Source: Ignavibacteriaceae bacterium
GTDB lineage: Bacteria; Bacteroidota; Ignavibacteria; Ignavibacteriales; Ignavibacteriaceae
Length of the DNA stretch: 64,000 nt
Reading direction: 5' to 3'
Assembly: GCA_046704255.1 (NCBI GenBank)
Contig: JBJKSH010000164.1
Span: 1,465 to 65,464 of the forward strand
In this document: positions 17,574-27,453 of the stretch, one piece after another
Position numbering within the stretch: the first letter of the stretch is position 1
How the letters are laid out: each line of letters begins with the position of its first letter
The notes under the pieces: generated by a model
Told to the model about the DNA's origin: nothing
Database searches by the model: none
Seen by the model: only the letters and a program-made list of their open reading frames with translations
Translations under genes and position numbers: made by a program

Positions 17574-19461
17574 ATTTATTAACTAATTCATTCTTGTAAT
17601 TTACAATTTTTAAACCGGTTCTTTTTTCAATCTTATTGTTAAAATATACTTCTTTTATTCTAAGCATTGTAATTAAATTTGCAATTATCCCGTAATAATC
17701 ATTAGAAAAAGCTTTATTGTCAGGAATAATATCATTCAATAATTCTTCCGGCAAATCATTCATATTTTGAATTGTATTTTTCAAGGCACTAGTATAACGT
17801 TCCGCATTTGATGAAGCTTTGCCATTATGATTTTTATATCCTGCTTTTAAATAATCCAGTTTTCTTAGGATATTTAAAACTTCTAAATATTTCTTTTCAT
17901 TCTTTGCGCTTAGTTTAAATCTTGTAGTTTGATATTTATTAAATCTTTTATCGCCTGAAATTTGCATTAAATGTGCAGCTTCGCCGTTTAAATATTTAGA
18001 TGGGATTGATAAATAAGCATTTAAAATTTCCTTATCGAGATATGGGTAAACAGGTATCGTAAACAAACGAGCCTGCTGGAACGTTGGAATTACCCTTCCG
18101 ATTCCTCTTGTTCTTAATAAGCCTTCTGCGCCGATAACATCAATATCATTCGATTCTACGCTTTGATATTGATTGATCCATTCGATTGATAATTCGTTTA
18201 TCGTATTCAATTGCAGAGCACCGTTTAAGTTTAATATATCCGAAACTTTTTTATACGATTCTATATCCGAAGCTTTATTAAAACTAAATTCTCCGTATTC
18301 GGTACTATTCTTAATTCTTCTTAATAAGTAACGATGTTTTGCTTTACCTGCGTAAGGATCACCCATAAAACCGGAGGCCAAAAATTTTGTCTTTTTAGAT
18401 GAAGCCTTTGCTGCTTCAAATATTTCCCAGTGGCCCGGTGAACCGTTATTCAATAAAAGTATGTCCGTTAAATTTTCAAGAAAAGAAATGTTATCAATTT
18501 TAATTCTGTCGAATTTAAAATTATTGTCCCGGCAAATTGCTTCGGCAATTACAGAATCTTCCCGGCTGTTAAGTAAGAACGATACGAATGGATATAATTC
18601 ATTATTCTCCCTGAAATAAGTTATAATTTTCGGATCGTAATCTTCATCAAGCATATATTTTAAGATTACCCTGCAGTCTTTACCGCGGGATAAAAGCAGA
18701 GTGATATCGTCTCCGACATAACTATGAATTCTTGACCAAAAACTCCTATGTGCGGAAGCAACTATTTCTATCGATTGATCAAGACTAAGATTTTTTCTTT
18801 CCGGATATTTAACATAATTGCTTTGTTCAAGGTTTTGAGAGTCTATTTCAAAATTAATATAATGACCGGGCAATACTTGTTTAACGCTGTTTATAATGGT
18901 TTGCTCATTAAAGGTATGCCCGCAAAAAACAATACTGCTTGCGGCAAAATTTGAAAATTCCGCTTCTCCAGCTAAATATTCTTTCATTAAAAATAAATTC
19001 GTAGAAAATACTTTCTTTCCGTTACCGGAATGATAAAATAATTTGGCAACTCCAAACCTGTCTGTAAATGCAGCAAAATTATTTTGTTTTATATTTCCAA
19101 TAACTCCGCAGTAATAACCGGAAAGCGAATTTAAATATTTATCTAAAACTGAGTTGGAAATATTTCCGATGATCTTTAAGAACTCCTCTTTTAGTGCATT
19201 TATATTGCCAACAAGTTCCTTATTGTAAATGCTGCCGTAAAAAAGAATAAAATTTTCTTCATCGTCCAGGTAAAGACTTACTAGTAATTTATTTTCTGCC
19301 TGCGGCAGAAAGAAAAGCCAGCTCCGGCTTCCGTTTAGATTTTGAATAACCTGCGGTCCGTATTCTTTTGGCAGCCTGTCTAAACAGTTGATTAATTCAA
19401 ACCGGCCGAAGTTTCCGGAGTTATAATCTAATTCAAAAATGAATCCCGGATTTTCAATCAT
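17566..19461 (-). CDS. Asparagine-synthetase-like protein lacking the Cys nucleophile and with an altered PP-loop
   Basis: GSIYN, LSGYYCGV...FTDRFGVAKLFY and FSTNLFL align to the AsnB GATase-II domain. The N-terminus is MIENPG (no Cys2), and SGGxDS is replaced by SRGKDC. The ATG overlaps the upstream stop as ATGA. Confidence 0.6.
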   Translation of the reverse strand: MIENPGFIFELDYNSGNFGRFELINCLDRLPKEYGPQVIQNLNGSRSWLFFLPQAENKLLVSLYLDDEENFILFYGSIYNKELVGNINALKEEFLKIIGNISNSVLDKYLNSLSGYYCGVIGNIKQNNFAAFTDRFGVAKLFYHSGNGKKVFSTNLFLMKEYLAGEAEFSNFAASSIVFCGHTFNEQTIINSVKQVLPGHYINFEIDSQNLEQSNYVKYPERKNLSLDQSIEIVASAHRSFWSRIHSYVGDDITLLLSRGKDCRVILKYMLDEDYDPKIITYFRENNELYPFVSFLLNSREDSVIAEAICRDNNFKFDRIKIDNISFLENLTDILLLNNGSPGHWEIFEAAKASSKKTKFLASGFMGDPYAGKAKHRYLLRRIKNSTEYGEFSFNKASDIESYKKVSDILNLNGALQLNTINELSIEWINQYQSVESNDIDVIGAEGLLRTRGIGRVIPTFQQARLFTIPVYPYLDKEILNAYLSIPSKYLNGEAAHLMQISGDKRFNKYQTTRFKLSAKNEKKYLEVLNILRKLDYLKAGYKNHNGKASSNAERYTSALKNTIQNMNDLPEELLNDIIPDNKAFSNDYYGIIANLITMLRIKEVYFNNKIEKRTGLKIVNYKNELVNKYE

Positions 19462-20675
19462 GCGCTTTCCGATATAAATTTATTTTCACTATAGAATGAA
19501 TTATTATAAGTATCTATTATTTGAGAAGCCCAGGTGTTCCAGCTAAAATTTTGCGCAACCCATTCTGAAATTTTTTTGTTGTTCCAGTTTATTTTAGATG
19601 CGGCTAATATTTTTTCAGATAAATCTTCCGCACATTCCGGCTTACACAAAAAACCGTTAAATTCTTCTTTTACAATTTCACTTAAGCCGCCGACATTAAA
19701 AGCAACAACAGGCAGCCCGCATGCCATTGCTTCAAGCGGTGCGGCCGGCAATCCTTCCGAACGGCTCGGCAGGCAGAATAAATCGTGCCTGCTTAATAGG
19801 CTTTGAATTTTCTCATGCTCCACTTCTCCGGCAAATTCTACGGTATCTTGTAAATTATTTTCTCCAACATAATTTTGGTACTTCTTTAATAACGGTCCGC
19901 CGCCTACTAAAGTAACCTTTACCTTAATGTCAACATGCTTCAAAGCATTTAACAAAATATCGTGTCCTTTTACAAAATTGAATTTAGCAACCGTAATTAT
20001 TCTAAAATATTTTTTGTCTTCAACTTTTTTATCGGAACTATAAAAGAAAATCCCGTCATCATAGCCGTTTCTAATAACTATTTTATTTTTTAAACCGGTT
20101 ATACGGTTCATTTCATCTTTCATTTTATCGGAAACCGCAATAGTAAGCCGGCAGTTTTTGTTAATGGAATTTTCAATGTACTTCCAGCCCTTAAATTGAG
20201 AAGGCTGCAAAAGTATATCGCTTCCTTCGGATAAGGCAAAAATAGTATTATTTGATGTTTGTTTAAAATAACGGGAATATGCAGCGTAAGGATTAAGCCA
20301 CGTACCTATAATTAAATCCGGTTTAAATTCTTTTATTATTTTATCAGTTTTCTTTCCTATAAAAAAATGCAAAATATTCGAATGATACTTCCAAAACAGT
20401 TTGCTTGGTGCTTTATACCATTTGGGGTGATAAACTTTAATTCCATTAAAATTTTCCATGTAAGGAACGGTTAACAAATTCTTTAACAGGTTAAATTGTT
20501 TTTTTAACCTGGGTTTTGGCAAGAAATAACTTTTATGAGGATTAAGACTTATTGGTGCAATTACCTCAACCTCACAGCCGAATTCTTTAAGTGCCTTTGC
20601 TCTTGAATAATTAAATATTCCTTCGCTGGGGAAATTTGAATTGGGAAATAAATAACTGAAAATTAATATCTTCAT
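19458..20675 (-). CDS. GT4-family glycosyltransferase
   Basis: EGLPAAPLEAMACGLPVVA (E-x7-E region). The likely start is the ATG at 20675 (MKILIFSYLFP), which is the usual GT4 N-terminus. The track's start at 20693 adds 6 aa. Confidence 0.8.
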   Translation of the reverse strand: MKILIFSYLFPNSNFPSEGIFNYSRAKALKEFGCEVEVIAPISLNPHKSYFLPKPRLKKQFNLLKNLLTVPYMENFNGIKVYHPKWYKAPSKLFWKYHSNILHFFIGKKTDKIIKEFKPDLIIGTWLNPYAAYSRYFKQTSNNTIFALSEGSDILLQPSQFKGWKYIENSINKNCRLTIAVSDKMKDEMNRITGLKNKIVIRNGYDDGIFFYSSDKKVEDKKYFRIITVAKFNFVKGHDILLNALKHVDIKVKVTLVGGGPLLKKYQNYVGENNLQDTVEFAGEVEHEKIQSLLSRHDLFCLPSRSEGLPAAPLEAMACGLPVVAFNVGGLSEIVKEEFNGFLCKPECAEDLSEKILAASKINWNNKKISEWVAQNFSWNTWASQIIDTYNNSFYSENKFISESA

Positions 20676-20748
20676 TATAACTAAAAGCAACAACTAAAAA
20701 TATAATAAGCCGGAATTAAAATTTAACTATTCAATTTCATAGATTATT

Positions 20749-22305
20749 TTAACCGGCCTTATTAAATGCAAAAAATTTTGATATCAGCCTGTAATGCAGA
20801 AGCTTTCCTAAAATACCGGAAATAATTACCTCTTCATTTTTAGTTAAGGGATGTAATTTCCTGTAAAGCATAAGGAAGAGTAGCAATCCTGCCGATGCAG
20901 GCAAAATAATTTGCATAGCAATATTACCGGTTAGGCTTGCCATGTACATAGCAAACCCTACTATGAAAAATATTATTAATGTTTTGTAAAATTGGTTAAA
21001 GATAAGTTTAACACCACTTACTTTAATCATCTTAACATATAAATAAAAATTTCTTAATAAACCGGAAACACCCGTAGCAAGGGCAACACCTACTAAACCC
21101 AGGTTTGTATATTCCAAAACAAAGAGGACGGCTAAAACATTAATCACTGCAAAAATTTTCGCATACAAGGTATATTCAATTTTTTCTTTAATTTCTATAA
21201 TTATTGTTACGGGAAAAGAAAATGCTCTTAATAAATAAAAGAACACAACTATAACCACCAGTGTTTCGGTCTCCAGGTATTTTGAATTGAATAAATATAC
21301 TTGAATTAAATTTTGGTAGGCTATAACCAAAACAACTATAATTCCGTAGAAGAAGAAATATATCTTTACTATAAAATTAAACATTTCCGAAAGGTAAGCA
21401 TTGTTTTCTTCTTTCTCATAATATTTATTTATAAAGAAAGGTTTAAAAATATTATTCAATTGAGACATTGGTATCCAATTAAAAATACTGCTTAATATTT
21501 TATATGGAAACGCATAAAGACCCATTGCATAAGGGCCTAGAAAAGCGGAGACGAAATAATAGTCGGATATTTGACTAAACCCGCCTTCGCCCATTTCATT
21601 AGCAGTTGAAAGCAAAGAAAACCTTTTAATTCTTTTTACAAAGTCCTTCTTTTCTTCCTTCCGGATTATCAAACCAGGTTCTTTTTCCAATGCAGAAATT
21701 TTCTTATAAGAATAATACAGGGACGGCAAAAACCTTACACCCATGCAAATTGCTTCTATTATAAAAATCAAATCAATTGTTAATTGAGGAAAAAGAACCG
21801 CATAAAGTATTCCCCTTAATATTATGGAAACGACACCTATTATTGATAAAAACTTTTGTTCGTATAGAGAAACCAGAAGATCGTTTGTAAGGGAAACCTG
21901 CAGGAACAAAAAAATATTTATTATAAATATTGAGTAATATTCCCGGAACTTATCAATTCTAAGTATAAAGCCGATTTCATCTTTATAAATAAATACTACC
22001 GTAATAGTGATAAAGATGAGCAGCAAAGAAACAAGGTAAAGCTTTATTATAATGGACTTATGATATTTAAAATATTTCTTTTGAAGTAATTCCGGGATGT
22101 ACCTTCTTATTGCAACAATAATTCCGTTTACGGAAAATATGGCAAAGATAGAAAGGCTGCCCATAAACAAGCTGTAGATCCCGAATTCGGAAACAGCCAG
22201 CTTCCTTATTAAAAAGATACTGATAAATAACGAAATGATGTTCGTTAGAATGGTACCAATAAAAAGCCACTTAACATTTTCGGAAAATCTTTTAAGGGTG
22301 TGCAT
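20749..22305 (-). CDS. wzx: Wzx-type polysaccharide flippase (MOP superfamily)
   Basis: 518 aa, about 14 hydrophobic segments, in the context of a Wzy-dependent locus. Confidence 0.65.
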   Translation of the reverse strand: MHTLKRFSENVKWLFIGTILTNIISLFISIFLIRKLAVSEFGIYSLFMGSLSIFAIFSVNGIIVAIRRYIPELLQKKYFKYHKSIIIKLYLVSLLLIFITITVVFIYKDEIGFILRIDKFREYYSIFIINIFLFLQVSLTNDLLVSLYEQKFLSIIGVVSIILRGILYAVLFPQLTIDLIFIIEAICMGVRFLPSLYYSYKKISALEKEPGLIIRKEEKKDFVKRIKRFSLLSTANEMGEGGFSQISDYYFVSAFLGPYAMGLYAFPYKILSSIFNWIPMSQLNNIFKPFFINKYYEKEENNAYLSEMFNFIVKIYFFFYGIIVVLVIAYQNLIQVYLFNSKYLETETLVVIVVFFYLLRAFSFPVTIIIEIKEKIEYTLYAKIFAVINVLAVLFVLEYTNLGLVGVALATGVSGLLRNFYLYVKMIKVSGVKLIFNQFYKTLIIFFIVGFAMYMASLTGNIAMQIILPASAGLLLFLMLYRKLHPLTKNEEVIISGILGKLLHYRLISKFFAFNKAG

Positions 22306-22314
22306 GCCTTATTA

Positions 22315-23001
22315 TTATTCTCCGCTCTTTGCTTTTTCAATTAATTCTTTTTTAACTATGTAAGGAAAGCCTTCCATCGGTCCGCCTTCGAAACCTTTTA
22401 TATATACATCTCCCTCTTCACAAAGAGGTTTTATCTTATCTATAATATTTTGGGATACGGGATGCATAGTTTCCCCCGAACTGAAATTCGGTCTTTCAGC
22501 AGCTTGCTCAAGCTGCCTCTTTATAAACTCATCAAACTTTGAATAAATTCTTGCCGGTACACCTACCACACAAGAATTAGGCGGAATATCTTTATTAACA
22601 ACGGAACCGGCTGCAACCAAAACATTTGGGCCTATTGTAACACCGGGTAAGATAATTGAGCTTTGTCCAATATAACAATTTTCTTTTATTTCTATTTTTC
22701 CCAGTCTTTCGAAATTTTCTTCCGAAAATTTGAACGTCGCCTGGTCGTGTGCTATCAGTTGAACATATTTGGAAATTGAACAGTTATCTCCAATGCTGAT
22801 TAAATACGGGTATGAATCATCAATCTCGGCTGTAGGCATAATTGTAACGTTCTTGCCTATTCTTAAACCGTTGCCTATTAATTCTTTTATTTTCCTATGA
22901 TGATCCCAGTAATCGAAATTTCGTTTATAACTTAGTAACTTTTTGTAAAAGTACATTCTTAATCTGCCTTTGCTTTTTTTTACCGATTCCGCTAAAGACA
23001 T
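22315..23001 (-). CDS. Left-handed beta-helix (hexapeptide) acyltransferase
   Basis: Hexapeptide repeats IGDNCSISKYVQL and IGQSSIILPGVTIGPNVLVAAGSVV. The ATG at 23001 has an AAGGAAAGG RBS. The track's TTG at 23034 adds 11 aa. Confidence 0.7.
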   Translation of the reverse strand: MSLAESVKKSKGRLRMYFYKKLLSYKRNFDYWDHHRKIKELIGNGLRIGKNVTIMPTAEIDDSYPYLISIGDNCSISKYVQLIAHDQATFKFSEENFERLGKIEIKENCYIGQSSIILPGVTIGPNVLVAAGSVVNKDIPPNSCVVGVPARIYSKFDEFIKRQLEQAAERPNFSSGETMHPVSQNIIDKIKPLCEEGDVYIKGFEGGPMEGFPYIVKKELIEKAKSGE

Positions 23002-23075
23002 AAAGTTACCTTTCCTTAATTTGATAATGTTCAACTGTGTTCATCTTCAATTATAGTAAATCTTTAGAAAAGTAA

Positions 23076-24737
23076 TCAAAATATATTTACTCTAGAAAGA
23101 ATGGCTCTATCAAAGAAACCTGCCATCCTGGATATTTTTATTTTGCAATCCAAAACCGTAAAATTATTATGCCGGGCTAAAGTATGCATGCCGTAAACAT
23201 TCTTGTTATAATCCGGTTCTATAATATCATATTCAGTTTCGGAGTATTCTGTTTCATTCATTTTGATGATCTTCTTCAATCTTATTCTATAGCCGTATTC
23301 CACCGAACAGTCTTGTGCCGGCCTAATAAGGTTACCTTCGCTTTCATAAATCCTTCCTGCAGAGCGTGCAGTCCTTACATCGGCAACTACTGGATTTAAA
23401 GGATGCGGAGTCCATTTATCGCTTAAAGGCGAATCGGAATAGTATAAATACAATTCATCTTTAAATGAAATATAGCTGCTGTCCTTTTTGTTTAGAAACA
23501 TCCACCATTTGCCTTGATGCTTAACAAGCGTAGAATCAACTGCCGAAATATCCTTAAATATGTGTTTGTAAAATTCCCATTTGTAGGGAAACTCAATGCA
23601 CTTATAAATGTCAACGGTTTTGTTTTGTTCGGATTCCGGCATCATAAACATTTCACCTTCGTATTCAAAAATAAAAGGATAAGAAAGGTGATATGGTTTT
23701 TCTAAAATTTTAACCGGCTTACTCACTTTTCCGTCTTTAGTAATTTCCAAAACAGATAAATGACCTTTATTCTTTTCATAAGTAAATTCTTCAATAAAGA
23801 TGTAGTACGAACCGTTCTTTTCAATCACATGAGGGTCTGCCCAAAAGTTTTGTTTCGGAGGAATTATTTTTTCATACTCTTCAATTGCACCTGGATTTCC
23901 GGAATTCTTTTTGTACAAAATAATCCATTGCCGGACATTAAACTTATTGTCAATTATATTTTTTAGATACCTGCATATATGTTTAACTATCTTAACTGAA
24001 GTTAATTTATATTGCTTATCCGCTGTATTTTTTATAGATAATTTTTTCCCGCCTAATCTTCCATCTCTGTTGTTCTTCATTAAACAAATTTTTTCTAAAC
24101 CGCGCATCGTTAAAAGGGACGCCTTCCAATAATACCGGCTTTTAACCCTATTTATAAAAAATGAATCCGGCGAAAAGCATAACTGAGCTATATAATTTTT
24201 CGGATCTAAATTATTATCCTGAAGAACCAGCTTCGCTTCAATACAGGATTGGCTATTCATTATAAACCAATCTACCGGCACATTCGTGTTGGTATCGGGA
24301 AAAGTCATTTCGTTATATACCACGCCAAGTTTAAATAATTTTATTATTTCAACAGGAATAGAATTCAAATTAATATTTAGTAAGACATCTAAATTTAATC
24401 CGGCAATCTCATTTAATTTATCAGATGCGATTTCGTTTTCAATATTTATTAATTTAATACCGGGAAGAAGATTAAAAGCGCCGGTTAATTTAGTAGAATC
24501 ATTTTCAACCGGGATTAATATATTTTCGGCTAATTTGTAAGCACTAAGCATTTTGCGGTAAAGCCGAGAAGTTTTCACATTGAATAAGTTTTCAGTTTTT
24601 ATTTTTTCCGGTTTTATAATTACTAACTTTAGCTCAAATAATTCCGAGTGATTAATTTGAGCAATAATATCTGCAGCCCATTCCGGGAAATCGTTAGAAC
24701 AGGAAATTATACCTATTTTTAGTATGCTGTTTTTCAT
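23076..24737 (-). CDS. Uncharacterised two-domain protein: formyltransferase-N-like domain fused to a beta-propeller-like C-terminal domain
   Basis: The N-terminus KIGIISCS...LDVLLNINLNSIP resembles a formyltransferase N-domain, but I see no N-x-H / SLLP catalytic signature. The C-terminus FWADPHVIEKNGSYYIFIEEF...GKWWMF...LYLYYSD resembles the GINT1-like / GH43-clan propeller family seen in polysaccharide loci. This is a recollection-based call. Confidence 0.35.
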   Translation of the reverse strand: MKNSILKIGIISCSNDFPEWAADIIAQINHSELFELKLVIIKPEKIKTENLFNVKTSRLYRKMLSAYKLAENILIPVENDSTKLTGAFNLLPGIKLINIENEIASDKLNEIAGLNLDVLLNINLNSIPVEIIKLFKLGVVYNEMTFPDTNTNVPVDWFIMNSQSCIEAKLVLQDNNLDPKNYIAQLCFSPDSFFINRVKSRYYWKASLLTMRGLEKICLMKNNRDGRLGGKKLSIKNTADKQYKLTSVKIVKHICRYLKNIIDNKFNVRQWIILYKKNSGNPGAIEEYEKIIPPKQNFWADPHVIEKNGSYYIFIEEFTYEKNKGHLSVLEITKDGKVSKPVKILEKPYHLSYPFIFEYEGEMFMMPESEQNKTVDIYKCIEFPYKWEFYKHIFKDISAVDSTLVKHQGKWWMFLNKKDSSYISFKDELYLYYSDSPLSDKWTPHPLNPVVADVRTARSAGRIYESEGNLIRPAQDCSVEYGYRIRLKKIIKMNETEYSETEYDIIEPDYNKNVYGMHTLARHNNFTVLDCKIKISRMAGFFDRAILSRVNIF

Positions 24738-24805
24738 TTTGTCTAAGCTGATGTTATAAATAATTCTTGAAGATATGATATTAAAACGAATTTGCCGTAA
24801 TATTA

Positions 24806-25993
24806 TCAGGAAGGATTAACTTTACAAAGTTTTTCCCCGGCATTAATAGAAAGCGGCATTGCATCATTAGTATAACTTTTAAGGAAGTTAACCATTTTTT
24901 CCGCCTGCCTGGCCCAAGTAAGATTTTTAAGAACGAGCTCTCTGCCCTTATAAGATTTTGACTGCAGTATTTTTAAATTATTATACGCATAAAAGATTTT
25001 TTCCGCTAATTCATTTTTTCTATCCGGATTAAAATAAACCGCAAAGCCGGCTTCCGGCGGAACCACGTCCGTATGTGCTTTAATATCGCTCATTACAATT
25101 GGAATTTCCATCGATAAATATTCCATTAATTTTAAAGGTGAGGATACTTCCCACCATTTAATTCTTACGTACGGAATAATTCCGATATCTGCCAGCTTAA
25201 TATACTGAGGCATTATTGAATTGTCTGCGGCATCCAAATACAAGATATGATCCGTTAAATCAAGTTTGTTGTCTTCACAATATTTTTGTAAAAACTTATT
25301 GTTATCACTAATTGATAGAAATAATATATTAGGAATCTTTGCTTTCAGTTCATTTATTGCATCAAGCACCATTGGAACTCCCCTGTTCGGGGTAATCGAT
25401 CCGTGATAAATCATTACAAAATGATTTTTTAAATTTTCAATAACATTTTTATCAATATTAACATCCGTATCTTTGGTAAAAATATTTTCGTTTACAGCCG
25501 AGGTATAAACTGCATTCTTTTTAAATTTTAATCCGTATTCGCTTTCGCACATTTCTTTAGTAGATTCGGTTATAAAAGTAGCGCCATCCAGTAAATGTTT
25601 TGCAATTTTATATGCCGTTTTTTGTTGAAGCGATAATTTTTTCTGCTCTACCGGGATCGTTCTTACATCAAAAATAATTTTTATTTTTAATAAGCTTTTT
25701 AAGAATACCAAAAACAAAGACGGGATTACCGATTTTTCGTCGACCACAACAAAATCAATTTTATTTTTTATTGCATATACCGGAAGAAAGAAGAGCAGCT
25801 TTAATACAAAATATCTATTTTTATTAAAGGGAACTTTTAACGGAATTATAAATGATTCTTCGGGTACCCTGTCTCCTTTAACAATAATTTCCGTATCAAC
25901 ACCTTTATCCCTAAGAGCCCGTGCCATTTCAATTTCACTTACTATATAATGATCTTTTCCCAGTATGCCGTTACGGATGTACAACACTTTCAT
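24806..25993 (-). CDS. GT4-family glycosyltransferase
   Basis: MKVLYI N-terminus and SSPLKLMEYLSMEIPIVMSD C-terminal motif. Confidence 0.75.
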   Translation of the reverse strand: MKVLYIRNGILGKDHYIVSEIEMARALRDKGVDTEIIVKGDRVPEESFIIPLKVPFNKNRYFVLKLLFFLPVYAIKNKIDFVVVDEKSVIPSLFLVFLKSLLKIKIIFDVRTIPVEQKKLSLQQKTAYKIAKHLLDGATFITESTKEMCESEYGLKFKKNAVYTSAVNENIFTKDTDVNIDKNVIENLKNHFVMIYHGSITPNRGVPMVLDAINELKAKIPNILFLSISDNNKFLQKYCEDNKLDLTDHILYLDAADNSIMPQYIKLADIGIIPYVRIKWWEVSSPLKLMEYLSMEIPIVMSDIKAHTDVVPPEAGFAVYFNPDRKNELAEKIFYAYNNLKILQSKSYKGRELVLKNLTWARQAEKMVNFLKSYTNDAMPLSINAGEKLCKVNPS

Positions 25994-26042
25994 AAATAAT
26001 TTTCCAGAAAAATATTTCGGTTGTTAAAACAATTTGAATTAT

Positions 26043-27410
26043 TTAACAGCTGTCTGCTTCAGCTTTTGATAAACTTATTTTATTTAAACCGGCATTGCCT
26101 ATGTGCAAATTTTTTGCTGCGGCAAACACTTTATAACGTGAAAGAAAAACCGCAAGCGTTATGAAATAAACAAGGCCAATCTGTGTATTCCACGTGGGGC
26201 AATAAAACAATGCCATACAGGTAATTACACTCATAGGCACAAATATACTGGCATAAATGTGCATCTCTATATTTTGCTCAAGGTTAACGTATTCTTTAAT
26301 AAATATAACCGGGAACAGCAGAATTACAAACATAAAAGCAATGCCTGCAATACCCAGACTTGCAAGAACAACAACAGCATCCGGCAGGTTAACAACAAAG
26401 TTAAGAGCGGCCTGTGACGTACCGGCAGTTTTAGATTCCACTACGGAACCCGGCCCGAACCCGAGCGCAGTATTAACATCGTTGGTAAAGTATTGATCAA
26501 ATAATATAGGATATGCTACAAATCTGCCCGCTCCTTTGTCGGAATCATCGTATTGTTCGGCTTTTTTAGAATTTAGTATTACATCAAAATTTAAAAACCT
26601 TGTGTACCTGGTGTGGGGTATAATAAATATAATAGTAATTGCAAGTACGGAAAGAAATAAGATTCCAATAACAGTCATTTTTATAATTACCGAAGGAGCA
26701 ACTTTTTTATACAAATAAAGGAACGTTAATAATGTTAATATTAATGCAACTGGAGAGGCAATAAAACCGAACCTTGCGCCGCCTACTACCGGCGGTATAA
26801 AAGTTAAACCGGCAATTACAACATATTTTAAATTAAATCCTTTATAAAGAAGATTTGCAATACAATATGCAAGAAGAAAAGATTCAAGCACCGCTATTAT
26901 CCCGGTTCCGCCTAACGGGCCGTAGGATAATGTCCCGTTGTTGCTGTCGGCTGTTAGCGGATGGAAAACTATATACTGAAACAATGTTACCGGAATTTGT
27001 AATACAATTAAGAAGAATACAAATTTTAATAAATTCAACTGTTCTTTTTCGGTGAAATCGGATTTAATAATAACAAGCGTAACTAGTATAAAAGGGAAAA
27101 AGAAAGCTAAGGATGATTTAAAAACAAGAAACCAATTGTTATTATTTATTACAGCACTGGCTAAAAATAACAACAGCAGTATAGTGAAGAATAATTTGTA
27201 TATGGCTAAATATTTCGGTGAATAATCTCTTTTATTTGTTATTATAGAATAAGCATTGATGATCATAAAAAATATTATAAATGCAATCTCCAGCATTAAA
27301 GACGGCAATGCGGGAAAGTGAAAATATCTTACAAGGAACGGATATACAAATTTAGATATTATATATAAGTATAATAAATATTTTATATATGATTTGGGAT
27401 TAAAACTCAT
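26043..27410 (-). CDS. wzy: Wzy-type O-antigen/EPS polymerase-like membrane protein
   Basis: 455 aa, at least 10 TM segments, with one large hydrophilic loop (KKAEQYDDSDKGAGRF). Location in a Wzx/Wza/Wzc locus. No strong sequence motif. Confidence 0.5.
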   Translation of the reverse strand: MSFNPKSYIKYLLYLYIISKFVYPFLVRYFHFPALPSLMLEIAFIIFFMIINAYSIITNKRDYSPKYLAIYKLFFTILLLLFLASAVINNNNWFLVFKSSLAFFFPFILVTLVIIKSDFTEKEQLNLLKFVFFLIVLQIPVTLFQYIVFHPLTADSNNGTLSYGPLGGTGIIAVLESFLLAYCIANLLYKGFNLKYVVIAGLTFIPPVVGGARFGFIASPVALILTLLTFLYLYKKVAPSVIIKMTVIGILFLSVLAITIIFIIPHTRYTRFLNFDVILNSKKAEQYDDSDKGAGRFVAYPILFDQYFTNDVNTALGFGPGSVVESKTAGTSQAALNFVVNLPDAVVVLASLGIAGIAFMFVILLFPVIFIKEYVNLEQNIEMHIYASIFVPMSVITCMALFYCPTWNTQIGLVYFITLAVFLSRYKVFAAAKNLHIGNAGLNKISLSKAEADSC

Positions 27411-27453
27411 TTAATAAAGTAAGTATTGTAAAAATGAATTTGAAGGGGCAATG

